The notes beneath the pieces were generated by a model, which saw only the letters and a list, made by a program, of their open reading frames with translations, had not been told where the DNA came from and did no database searches. Source: a virus (lineage: Duplodnaviria > Caudoviricetes). From it: DNA of 64,000 nt. Of this stretch, positions 36,725-45,005 are shown one piece after another (position 1 is the stretch's first letter; each line of letters begins with the position of its first letter). A program made the position numbers and the translations under genes. Location: positions 1 through 64,000 of the IMG/VR virus record IMGVR_UViG_3300021387_000109. One strand, given 5' to 3'.

Positions 36725-36908
36725 CATTCAGACATCAGATGAAACCAATGTTCATATTGACATTGATACTGATGAACTTAAGTTGCTTCTTGAACATAAG
36801 GAATGGCTTATTGCCAATAAAGAAAAAGCAGCTGAGTTCAGTATGAACCAGATTGCTTTGCTCAGAAGTCTGTTTGAAGTTTTGAGTGCCGAAAAGTCTT
36901 CTAAGTAA
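36714..36908 (+). CDS. Hypothetical protein
   Basis: RBS GGAGG then MRLDIQTS... Confidence 0.6.
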   Translation: MRLDIQTSDETNVHIDIDTDELKLLLEHKEWLIANKEKAAEFSMNQIALLRSLFEVLSAEKSSK

Positions 36909-36935
36909 GCATAAAACCCCTCATCATTAGAGGGG

Positions 36936-37018
36936 TTATTTATTAGCATCCAGATAGACTTTGCTTCGTTTGATGTTCCTTCTATCCTTGTTCGTTTTAT
37001 CTGGGTGCTAATAAATAA
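36936..37018 (+). repeat. Long stem-loop with TTATTTATTAG/CTAATAAATAA base (copy 2)
   Basis: 21-bp stem with one G-U pair, directly after terminator hairpin 36914-36937. Confidence 0.8.
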
Positions 37019-37036
37019 TCACAAAAGGAGATTGTT

Positions 37037-37354
37037 ATGATTAAAGAACTCATTTCTAGTTTATCTTATAGAGAACATTCTCCCTTTAAGGAGAATGAAT
37101 TTGGATATGGTTTTTATTGCCATTTCAAACTGTTCTCTCATCCTTTCTATGCTTCTATTAGAGAGCATGATAATGGAGAGATAGTCTCATTCATTCATGA
37201 TGAGGCTACAGGGGATATTCTTTATAAGGACTATCCTGAAACACTCTCTAAGGAATCTCTTGAAGAAACAATCATTCTCTGGTTGAACCAAGAGATTAGT
37301 ATCAACAATGACACAGAAGATGATTACTTCTGCGAGGAGGAAATAAATGTGTGA
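37037..37354 (+). CDS. Hypothetical protein
   Basis: RBS AAGGAG, 105 aa. Confidence 0.65.
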   Translation: MIKELISSLSYREHSPFKENEFGYGFYCHFKLFSHPFYASIREHDNGEIVSFIHDEATGDILYKDYPETLSKESLEETIILWLNQEISINNDTEDDYFCEEEINV

Positions 37355-37631
37355 ACATTATGTTATTGAACTTGTGGGTCTCAATTATCGAGAACCCAAG
37401 TATTTCACTAATGTGAAAGAGGTTGCTAAGTATCTTCAGATTACTACTAGTTCAGTGTATCACTATCTGAACACAGGAGTTGCCAATAACTGTGGATATA
37501 AGTTCCGTACAGTCTTTGGCAAGAAGGCAAAGATTACTCGCATCTCTGCCATTTATAACTTCCTCTATTGGGAGACTACAGGATGGAGAAAATCTATCAA
37601 AAATTGGATGAGGCGTACAACCTGCATCTAG
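37347..37631 (+). CDS. Putative HTH/NUMOD1-like DNA-binding protein
   Basis: KYFTNVKEVAKYLQITTSSVYHYL..G...CGYKFR. Confidence 0.5.
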   Translation: MCEHYVIELVGLNYREPKYFTNVKEVAKYLQITTSSVYHYLNTGVANNCGYKFRTVFGKKAKITRISAIYNFLYWETTGWRKSIKNWMRRTTCI

Positions 37632-37804
37632 ATGTAGATAGTCTAATCATTAAGACATTAGACAAAATGTCCTCAATTGAGGATACGGAAGATATTTATA
37701 GAGGACTAAATACTGTTATTTGGTCCTTAACCAATTTGGAGAGAATCTGTAATGCTCACCTTGACTCCAAGCAAGACAAAGGAAGCACTGATCAAGTGCT
37801 TTAA
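37568..37804 (+). CDS. Hypothetical protein
   Basis: 78 aa helical ORF overlapping both neighbours. Confidence 0.45.
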   Translation: MGDYRMEKIYQKLDEAYNLHLDVDSLIIKTLDKMSSIEDTEDIYRGLNTVIWSLTNLERICNAHLDSKQDKGSTDQVL

Positions 37805-38777
37805 AGCAAAACTCGTTCCCTTTCTCCAGAGTTCACCTGGAATGGGAAAGAGTAGTCTCATTAAGGAAATTGCCAAGGAATGGAATCTTGAACTAATTGA
37901 TGTTCGACTTTCCACTATGGAACCCTGTGATTTAAACGGCTTACCAACATTTGATATGGATGGTAAAGCTACATTCCATCCTTATTCCATGTATCCTCTT
38001 GAAGGCATGACACCTCCTGAAGGTAAAGATGGTTGGCTGTTGTTCCTTGATGAATTTAATGCTGCACCTAGAGCAGTTCAGGCAGCAGCCTATAGAGTGG
38101 TGTTGGATCATGAAATTGGACAATACAAACTTCATCCAAACTGTCTTGTTGCCTGTGCTGGTAATTTGTCTACTGATAATGCCATCACTACTCGATTGAG
38201 TACAGCAATGCTTTCAAGACTTATCCATATTCATATGGAAGTTAGTCTTAAGGATTGGATGGAGGCAGTAGCAATTCCTCAGGCATATGATGAGAGAGTT
38301 ATTGCTTTCTTGAATATGTATCCTGACAAATTGATGCAGTTTGATCCAGAAAGAGAAGATGAAACATTCTCTTGTCCACGAACATGGGAATTCACTAATA
38401 GACTAATTAAGCCTATTAAGAATCTCACTGAGACTGATGCAATTCTTCTATCTGGAACAATTACACCAGATATTGCTACTGAATTTGTTCAGTTTACCAA
38501 GGTCTATAAGCACCTTGTTACTTTGAAGGAAATTGTTGATAAGGATGGAGATTGTCCTGTTCCTGATGATATGGCTACAAGATATGCCATCTTGGTTCAT
38601 CTTATGATGAATGTTAAGAAAGATGATTTTGAACCAGTATTGAAATATGTGGATAAGTTCGATTCTTCAATGAAGATTGTTTTCGTCAGAAACATCATCA
38701 AGAGAATGCCTGAATTTAGAACACATCCAGCAATGGTTCAGATGATCATTAGGGAAGGCAAGTATCTCCTTGGATAG
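37752..38777 (+). CDS. MoxR-like AAA+ ATPase (N4 gp24-like)
   Basis: SSPGMGKS Walker A, LFLDEF Walker B, VACAGN, AMLSRLIH. Confidence 0.9.
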   Translation: MLTLTPSKTKEALIKCFKAKLVPFLQSSPGMGKSSLIKEIAKEWNLELIDVRLSTMEPCDLNGLPTFDMDGKATFHPYSMYPLEGMTPPEGKDGWLLFLDEFNAAPRAVQAAAYRVVLDHEIGQYKLHPNCLVACAGNLSTDNAITTRLSTAMLSRLIHIHMEVSLKDWMEAVAIPQAYDERVIAFLNMYPDKLMQFDPEREDETFSCPRTWEFTNRLIKPIKNLTETDAILLSGTITPDIATEFVQFTKVYKHLVTLKEIVDKDGDCPVPDDMATRYAILVHLMMNVKKDDFEPVLKYVDKFDSSMKIVFVRNIIKRMPEFRTHPAMVQMIIREGKYLLG

Positions 38778-38779
38778 TT

Positions 38780-39901
38780 ATGGATGACAAGCAAATACTT
38801 GATAGGATCAAGGCATCTGCATTCGTGTACAGCAATACAGCATTCCTAGGAATCATTTCCTGTATGCTGACTCTTGACTGGAAGGAAAATCATCCTGAAG
38901 TTCAGGAAGACTTTAATGCCGGTATCTATTATAAGAAGAAGTTATTGCTTCTTAAGAAGGACTGGTTTTTAAGTCTTCCCAAGAAACAACAGACAGGTGT
39001 TTTCCTGCATGAATTGTGGCATGCTGCAAGACTTCATGATGTAAGACTTGGTGATAGAGATCCTTTAATTTGGAATATTGCTGGTGACTTCAGAATCAAT
39101 AATGACTTGCTCAAGGATGGTTTTGAATTACCTCCTGATTGCTTGCAGAATTCCAAATATACAAGGGACATATCTGAAGAAGAAATCTATGATGAGATCT
39201 ATCAGGCATCTCCCCGGATAAAGGCAAAGTATGTCAATCAGTTAAATGCCATTGGTCATGACGTTCAGCAGGTTAATGAAGAAGAAAAACTTGCTCAAGT
39301 CATGATGGTTCAGCAGGCTATTCAGCAAATGAAAGTCACAGGTGCTGGAAAGGTTCCTGGTGACATTGAGAAAGTTCTATCCAATTACCTTAAGCCAAAA
39401 CTTCCTTGGTGGAGACTTTTAAGAAATTACTTGACAGATTCCTTGGATATTGAGTGGTCTTGGAAAAGACCCAATAAACGATTCAAGGATATTTATCTGC
39501 CCAGCATTACCAAGGAAGAGGGTAAACTTACACATGTAGTTCTGTTCTTAGATACCTCTGGATCAATTTCAGAGAAAACTCTTGAAAGGTTTAATTCAGA
39601 GGTACGATTTATTCAGGAAGTTCTTTGTCCTGAAAAGTTAACTGTCATTCAGTTTGACTATACAATTCAAAAAGTTCAGGAATGGAAAGAAGGACAACAT
39701 TACCGGAACATCAAGATGTACGGTGGTGGTGGTACTTCACTCCATGAAGTTCATGATTGGATTGTCAAGAACATGCCTACGTGTGCAATCATCTTCAGTG
39801 ATCTCTGGTGTGAACCAATGGAACAAGTAAAGGTTCCTGTCATCTGGGTCATTGAAGGTGATCATGAAGAACCCTCATTTGGTAAGAGTTTTAGAATATG
39901 A
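38780..39901 (+). CDS. vWA-domain putative metallopeptidase (N4 gp25-like, DUF2201)
   Basis: HELWH zinc motif, WNIAGDFRIN, DTSGS MIDAS, GGGGT. Confidence 0.9.
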   Translation: MDDKQILDRIKASAFVYSNTAFLGIISCMLTLDWKENHPEVQEDFNAGIYYKKKLLLLKKDWFLSLPKKQQTGVFLHELWHAARLHDVRLGDRDPLIWNIAGDFRINNDLLKDGFELPPDCLQNSKYTRDISEEEIYDEIYQASPRIKAKYVNQLNAIGHDVQQVNEEEKLAQVMMVQQAIQQMKVTGAGKVPGDIEKVLSNYLKPKLPWWRLLRNYLTDSLDIEWSWKRPNKRFKDIYLPSITKEEGKLTHVVLFLDTSGSISEKTLERFNSEVRFIQEVLCPEKLTVIQFDYTIQKVQEWKEGQHYRNIKMYGGGGTSLHEVHDWIVKNMPTCAIIFSDLWCEPMEQVKVPVIWVIEGDHEEPSFGKSFRI

Positions 39902-40713
39902 ATAACACACCTAAAGTAGAAATTATTGCTGATTCTATTAATAGAAGTTGCCCAAGGTTGACAACATTCAGGTTAACCTATTGGAGACCAATCCTTGCGG
40001 AGATGAATACTCATAGAGTGTTCTCTCGCAATGCCAGTTCCTCAAGAGCAATGAGGTTTGAAAATCTTGTTGATCAGGTAGTGGATGATCCTTGGATGCC
40101 TAAGCATTGGGCTTCTGAGCAGAAGGGAATGGTTGCAGGTGAAGAATTTGATGAAAAGACTAAGAATTTCATTGAGAAGCAGATTGCAGAATTAGCCAGA
40201 TATACGGCTGAAACTCTAATGCATATCAATGACAGTGTGATTAATCAGACTGGCAAGGGAATTCATAAGGAATTCATCAATCGTTACCTTGAACCATTCC
40301 GTCCAGTAACTCAACTGATTACTGCAACGGATTGGACTAATTTCTTTAAGTTGCGTACTGCTTCTGATGCACAGCCTGAGATTAGAGATGTTGCTCTTGC
40401 AATGCAGGATCTATATCTCTCTCATACTCCTGAAGTAATCAAGGACAATGGCTGGCATCTTCCCTTCATTACTGAAGAAGAGAAAACAAAGTATGACATC
40501 AATATCTTGAAGAAGATTTCTGTTGCCAGGTGTGCAAGAGTGTCATATGACTCAACTAAGTTCGATCTGGACAAGGATATTGCCCTACATGACAGATTGC
40601 TTAAGAATGGGCATTTAAGCCCATTTGAGCATATTGCCACTCCAATGTTCACGAAGGTATTGGAAAGGAATTTCCGAGGTTGGAACCAGTATAGAACAAT
40701 GCTTGCTGGTTAA
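39898..40713 (+). CDS. thyX: Flavin-dependent thymidylate synthase
   Basis: AEMNTHRVFSRNASSSRA, AQPEI, SVARCARVSY, HLSPFEH. Confidence 0.85.
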   Translation: MNNTPKVEIIADSINRSCPRLTTFRLTYWRPILAEMNTHRVFSRNASSSRAMRFENLVDQVVDDPWMPKHWASEQKGMVAGEEFDEKTKNFIEKQIAELARYTAETLMHINDSVINQTGKGIHKEFINRYLEPFRPVTQLITATDWTNFFKLRTASDAQPEIRDVALAMQDLYLSHTPEVIKDNGWHLPFITEEEKTKYDINILKKISVARCARVSYDSTKFDLDKDIALHDRLLKNGHLSPFEHIATPMFTKVLERNFRGWNQYRTMLAG

Positions 40714-40719
40714 TTGATT

Positions 40720-40752
40720 AAATCCCCTGTCTAATAAACAGGGGATTTTCTT
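40720..40752 (+). terminator. Intrinsic terminator
   Basis: AAATCCCCTGT...ACAGGGGATTT then T-rich tail. Confidence 0.7.
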
Positions 40753-40756
40753 ATTT

Positions 40757-41047
40757 ATGCTACAAGATCCTACCAGACTTTTTTACAATGATTTCAAATA
40801 TGCATATGAACATTGGTTGGATGCTGTAGCATCTGAACCAGAAGGAGAATTTAGTGAAGAAGCCCTTAATTGGGAGGCTTTACTGGTTAAACGCTGTGTA
40901 GCAGCAGTAAAGAAACATTTGATTCCTCCTTATCTTGAAGTCAAAAAGACTACAAGAGGAGTAGAATCTCTTACTCTCATTGCTCCTGACAATAAGAACT
41001 ATTGGGAATACATCAGAAATTGGTTAGGAGTTATTGACCATATTTAA
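40757..41047 (+). CDS. Hypothetical protein
   Basis: 96 aa ORF. Confidence 0.55.
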   Translation: MLQDPTRLFYNDFKYAYEHWLDAVASEPEGEFSEEALNWEALLVKRCVAAVKKHLIPPYLEVKKTTRGVESLTLIAPDNKNYWEYIRNWLGVIDHI

Positions 41048-41048
41048 T

Positions 41049-41082
41049 GGGCCTATAGCTCAATTGGTTAGAGCACTTGATT
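41049..41082 (+). pseudogene. Orphan 5' half of a tRNA (acceptor 5' strand + D arm)
   Basis: GGGCCTA-TA-GCTC-AATTGGTTA-GAGC-A-CTTGA; no matching 3' half found downstream. Confidence 0.75.
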
Positions 41083-41105
41083 AAATAAACTGATTTAATT
41101 ATAAT
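41077..41105 (+). promoter_or_regulatory. sigma70-type promoter for HNH gene
   Basis: TTGATT-N17-TATAAT. Confidence 0.7.
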
Positions 41106-41133
41106 TTAATTTATTTAAAAGGGTGCTTTAACT

Positions 41134-41574
41134 ATGGAAATACAATTAGAATATCCATACAACAAAGATTGGCGTAAAGGATACTTAGTAAAAAATTCTG
41201 AAAACCGAGATACAGTAATTTTGTTCAACTCATCTTCAGATAGATCTTCTACCCAATATGCAAGATATCTAATGGCTGTCTCTTTGCAAAGATATTTAAC
41301 AGATGATGAAACTGTAGATCATATAGATGGTAATAAAAATAATAATGATTTGAAAAATCTACAGATTTTATCTAAAGGAGATAACATTAGAAAATCTTCT
41401 AAAAAACCAGATTATATTTGTATATGTCCTATTTGTCATAAAACATTTACAGTTCCTAGAAAAAAAGCTTCTGGCATTGTGGCAAAGAAGAAAATACTTT
41501 CAGGAACTAAATGTTGTTCTAGACAATGTGGATATAAACAAGTATCTAAAACATTAATGGGCCGTGAGCCATAG
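41134..41574 (+). mobile_element. Free-standing HNH homing endonuclease with C-terminal Zn finger
   Basis: ETVDHIDGNKNNNDLKNLQIL, CPIC...CCSRQC; AT-rich; flanked by TTAATGGGCC direct repeats. Confidence 0.85.
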
Positions 41575-41635
41575 TAGTAGAGGCAGCGTTCTCATAAAGC
41601 GCAGACAGTAGGTGCAAGTCCTACACGGCCTACCA
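41559..41635 (+). tRNA. tRNA with CAT anticodon (Met or Ile2)
   Basis: Acceptor GGGCCGT/ACGGCCT, anticodon arm GCGTT-CTCATAA-AGCGC, T arm GTAGG-TGCAAGT-CCTAC, ACCA. Confidence 0.85.
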
Positions 41636-41641
41636 AATTTT

Positions 41642-41959
41642 ATGAAGAAGCGTTTTAACATTACTGCTACTATCCTTGATAAGCATGGAAAGGTTATTAG
41701 TGTAGGACACAATTCCTATGTTAAGACTCATCCCCTACAGGCTCAATTAGCCCATAAAGTAGGCAAGGATAAGAAAGTATTCTTACATGCTGAAGTAGCA
41801 GCAATCATTAAAGCAGGTAAAAGGATCAAGAAAGCACATACAATCTACATTACTAGGTACAATGCCAAAGGTGATCCTGTAAATGCATGTCCTTGCGCTA
41901 TTTGCAGTTCTTTGATCCATGCTGTAAGAATTCCTAATGTGGTGTATACAAATGATTAA
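41642..41959 (+). CDS. Zinc-dependent cytidine/dCMP deaminase-fold protein
   Basis: SVGHN, LHAEVAAI, CPCAIC, VVYT. Confidence 0.85.
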   Translation: MKKRFNITATILDKHGKVISVGHNSYVKTHPLQAQLAHKVGKDKKVFLHAEVAAIIKAGKRIKKAHTIYITRYNAKGDPVNACPCAICSSLIHAVRIPNVVYTND

Positions 41960-42962
41960 ATATCCTCACATTGAAAATATTTCTACTATTTCAAGTACAC
42001 AACTAGTTCAACTAAACAATAAGACTTATTGTGTAACTGAGAAGATTCATGGTGCAAATTGTCAGTTTGTACATACCAAGAAGTATGCTGATGCTTGGGG
42101 AATCTTCTCTAGGAATAACCAGATTACTAATGAAAGTTTCTACAATGCTGTAGAAGTTTTAAAAGCAGAGATTATGAATCCTGCTTGGGCTGTTGAAGAT
42201 TATCTTAGTAAATCTGGTTATCCTAGTGATAAGTATTATTATTTTGGAGAAATCTTTGGTGGTTGTTATGACCATCCAGAAGTACCCAAGGCAGTTGGAG
42301 CCAAGAGAGTTCAGAGAGGTGTTTATTATTCTCCTAAAAATCATTGGAAGTGCTTTGATATTGGCATTGAAAAAGATGGAGAGTTTCACTTCATTCCTCA
42401 GAAGATTTTATTTGCTGCTTATAAAGAAACCAACTTTCCTGTAGTACCTCTTCTTGGTGTTTACAGTACTCTTGAAGATGCTCTGAAGCATCCAAATAAT
42501 GGTTTATCAATTGTCCATAAGGACTATGGACTTCCTCCTATTGATAACAATATCATGGAGGGTGTTGTAATCAAACTTTGGGGTGAAGACACACCTTTCA
42601 ATGATGAACGAGTAGTCTTTAAGAATAAGAATGAAATTTTCAGCGAAAAAGCTCATAGTCAAAAGCAGCGAGACATTAAAGTACTATCTGAAAATTTTAG
42701 TGCTGTATGTCAGATTGCTGATACATATTTGACTTCTAACAGAATTATCAATGCAATGTCTCATATTGGTGAATGTACCTTTAAGGACATTGGTTCAATC
42801 CTGAAGGAAGTTATTACTGATATTCATGATGAAATGAGTAAGGATTGTCCTGAATTCATTGCCTTGGAAAAAAAGGAACAGTCAACAGTCTGTAAACTTC
42901 TTTCTACAAAAGCTGCTAAAATGATCAAAGAAGAAATCCTTAAACAGAGTACTGGCGCTTGA
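41937..42962 (+). CDS. rnl2: RNA ligase 2 (Rnl2 family)
   Basis: TEKIHGAN motif I, FGEIFGG, CFDI, MEGVVIK, FKNKNEIFSEK. Confidence 0.9.
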   Translation: MWCIQMIKYPHIENISTISSTQLVQLNNKTYCVTEKIHGANCQFVHTKKYADAWGIFSRNNQITNESFYNAVEVLKAEIMNPAWAVEDYLSKSGYPSDKYYYFGEIFGGCYDHPEVPKAVGAKRVQRGVYYSPKNHWKCFDIGIEKDGEFHFIPQKILFAAYKETNFPVVPLLGVYSTLEDALKHPNNGLSIVHKDYGLPPIDNNIMEGVVIKLWGEDTPFNDERVVFKNKNEIFSEKAHSQKQRDIKVLSENFSAVCQIADTYLTSNRIINAMSHIGECTFKDIGSILKEVITDIHDEMSKDCPEFIALEKKEQSTVCKLLSTKAAKMIKEEILKQSTGA

Positions 42963-42997
42963 CTAGAAATCCTAGGAAATTAGTCAAGTGAAAAATA

Positions 42998-43061
42998 AGA
43001 ATCGCTTTGGTAGTCTTCCTGGATCAGGGATGAGGAGGTTCAATTCCTCCCGATTCTTCCA
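42998..43061 (+). ncRNA. 64-nt shrunken tRNA-like element
   Basis: Acceptor AGAATCG/CGATTCT + TCCA, canonical T arm GGAGG-TTCAATT-CCTCC, collapsed D arm, non-canonical anticodon arm. Confidence 0.6.
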
Positions 43062-43079
43062 CTTAATTCAAGGAGCATT

Positions 43080-43400
43080 ATGTCCAGATCATATAAAAAA
43101 CATCCAGTTCATCCTATAACAGTTAGTGATTCAGAAAAGAATGATAAGAAGATCTGGCATTCATGCTTTAGATCCAAATCCAAACAATACATCAAAAATA
43201 AGTTGGTCTTTAATGATGATTGGGATTTCCCAATCCATTTTAGAAATGTATCCAATGTTTGGTGCTTTGATAAAGATGGTAAATGCTGGTTTTATCCTCT
43301 TACTTGGAAACGTGGTAAATCCATGTTTAAAAAGGATATAAAGACCTTGAGAAAATACCTGTATACTCAAAAATACCTTTATCAATTGTTTGGAAAGTAA
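43080..43400 (+). CDS. Basic hypothetical protein (MSRS-start family)
   Basis: MSRSYKKHP..SDSEKNDKKIWH..FR...RNVSNVWCFDKDGK; RBS AAGGAG. Confidence 0.7.
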   Translation: MSRSYKKHPVHPITVSDSEKNDKKIWHSCFRSKSKQYIKNKLVFNDDWDFPIHFRNVSNVWCFDKDGKCWFYPLTWKRGKSMFKKDIKTLRKYLYTQKYLYQLFGK

Positions 43401-43455
43401 AGACTTTGAGCCAAGACAGTTCTTTGGCGTAAAAGCACATAATAATTAACTATCT

Positions 43456-43530
43456 GGGTCTATAATACAAAGGTTAGTATAGCGGACTTTTAATCCGTCT
43501 ATCTGAGTTCGAGTCTCAGTGGACCCACCA
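43456..43530 (+). tRNA. tRNA-Lys(TTT)
   Basis: GGGTCTA/TGGACCC, anticodon loop CTTTTAA, CTGAG-TTCGAGT-CTCAG, ACCA. Confidence 0.92.
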
Positions 43531-43537
43531 CAGAATT

Positions 43538-43718
43538 CATCATTATAAGCACGAAGAAGAATCAGGTATAGCGTACTTGATTTAGAGTTAACATGGAGGG
43601 TTAGTTGAGTACTCAACAACTAATCTATGTCTTGTTTAAAGAGCGAAAGCAATAGATTGCATGCAAATCTGTTGTATAAGTCACTTGTAAAACTCTCTGA
43701 ATCCGGCTTATAATGATG
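43538..43718 (+). ncRNA. Candidate multi-branched structured RNA between tRNA-Lys and tRNA-fMet
   Basis: 13-bp closing stem plus several internal hairpins with G-U pairs. Confidence 0.55.
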
Positions 43719-43726
43719 TCACTAAT

Positions 43727-43800
43727 CGCGGAATGGTGTAATAGATGCACACAAGGCTCATAACCTTGAAGACTAGGTGCAATTCCTTGTTCCGCAACCA
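43727..43800 (+). tRNA. Initiator-like tRNA-Met(CAT)
   Basis: C1:A72 mismatch, CAAGG-CTCATAA-CCTTG, T loop TGCAATT, ACCA. Confidence 0.85.
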
Positions 43801-43914
43801 ATTAACCGAGAAAAGAGGAAAATTTTTTTGATTAACCCCTAGAGTAGTTGGCTATTTGTTACAGAAACTATTCAATGGTATCGAAGAATTTTGTGCAACC
43901 TCTTTTCTCTTTAT

Positions 43915-43991
<77 letters not shown>

Positions 43992-44095
43992 TTTAAAATG
44001 GTGCTTTGATTTCTTAATTCAATCCCGTAGAACATAGGCAATTTAAAAGGCACCATTTTAAATAGGACAAGATACGTGAGCAACTCATGTTGCTT

Positions 44096-44225
44096 CAAAG
44101 GTTTAAGCGTGTAACAAGAGATCTCTGTCAAGAAGTCTCTAGCGGGCAAAAGAAGTACGCCTCGACTTACCTCCTCCCGTATGATGAAAGGATATCCGTA
44201 GATATTCCTGCTCTTAAACCTTGGG
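44096..44225 (+). ncRNA. Candidate structured RNA in Asn-Arg spacer
   Basis: AAGGTTTAAG/CTTAAACCTT stem enclosing three helices; loop carries ACCTCCT. Confidence 0.45.
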
Positions 44226-44302
44226 AATCACACTAATGAGAGGCAAAGTTTGTAGAATACTCATATCGACATTAGTATGAAACCCTAAACCCTAATTATT
44301 AA

Positions 44303-44379
44303 CTCTCCATAGCATAACTGGAAAATGCCACAGACTTCTAATCTGTAGACTGTAGGTTCGAGTCCTACTGGAGAGACCA
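44303..44379 (+). tRNA. tRNA-Arg(TCT)
   Basis: CTCTCCA/TGGAGAG, ACAGA-CTTCTAA-TCTGT, GTAGG-TTCGAGT-CCTAC, ACCA. Confidence 0.95.
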
Positions 44380-44462
44380 GAATTTGAACCAAGGGAAGTT
44401 ATCTTTCACTCATGACTTTTATTGCCTCCTATGCTTCTCTTGGTTCAATCCGATTTTCAACT

Positions 44463-44547
44463 GCCTGAGTGTCGTAACTAGTAGCCGAAGCAGACTTAAA
44501 ATCTGCCGCCGAAAGGCGTGTGGGTGCAAATCCCACCTCAGGTACCA
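44463..44547 (+). tRNA. tRNA-Leu(TAA)
   Basis: GCCTGAG/CTCAGGT, GCAGA-CTTAAAA-TCTGC, long variable arm CGCC-GAAA-GGCG, ACCA. Confidence 0.93.
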
Positions 44548-44560
44548 TTTTTCAATTCCT

Positions 44561-44929
44561 ATGCCTTCTACAAATTATCCAAATACTAGTTATGCAAGTC
44601 CAAATGTTAGTTATGTAAGGCCAGCTATTACAACTGGTATGCCCATAACAACTGCTTTTAAAGCTGTTGAAGATAATTTGGATAAATTAAATGATGCTGT
44701 ATTTAATTCCATTCAAGTTGATTCAGATTGGAAAATATCTGCATATGCTCATGCATGGACAACTAGTTACTTTGGTAAAACTAGAATTATTCTAAAAAAT
44801 ATTGGAATAGAAATTAATTTAGATGTAGATGAAGATGCTTTAGAGAAATTAATTAAAGATCTTCAAGTTCATTTAAACTACATCAGAGATACCAGATCCA
44901 AGTGGTATCTAGGTGAGCTATCTAAATAG
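44561..44929 (+). CDS. Hypothetical protein
   Basis: ATG after tRNA-Leu, in frame with track ORF 44384-44929. Confidence 0.55.
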   Translation: MPSTNYPNTSYASPNVSYVRPAITTGMPITTAFKAVEDNLDKLNDAVFNSIQVDSDWKISAYAHAWTTSYFGKTRIILKNIGIEINLDVDEDALEKLIKDLQVHLNYIRDTRSKWYLGELSK

Positions 44930-45005
44930 AGGTATCTATGACTGAAACAATGGTATTTTATATTTGTTTAACTGTTGGTGCAGTAGTAGTTCTATAAGGA
45001 TTTCT

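Noticed and set aside
41049-41635. Intron-split tRNA (5' half joined to a downstream 3' half across the HNH)
   Set aside because: No TAGGCCC-type 3' acceptor strand found; the downstream tRNA is complete on its own and no intron core flanks the ORF
44176-44212. Hammerhead ribozyme around ATGATGAAAG-stem
   Set aside because: Lacks CUGAUGA and the GAAA after stem II
44280-44295. Telomere-like AAACCCTAAACCCTAA
   Set aside because: Only two units; expected by chance in AT-rich spacer DNA
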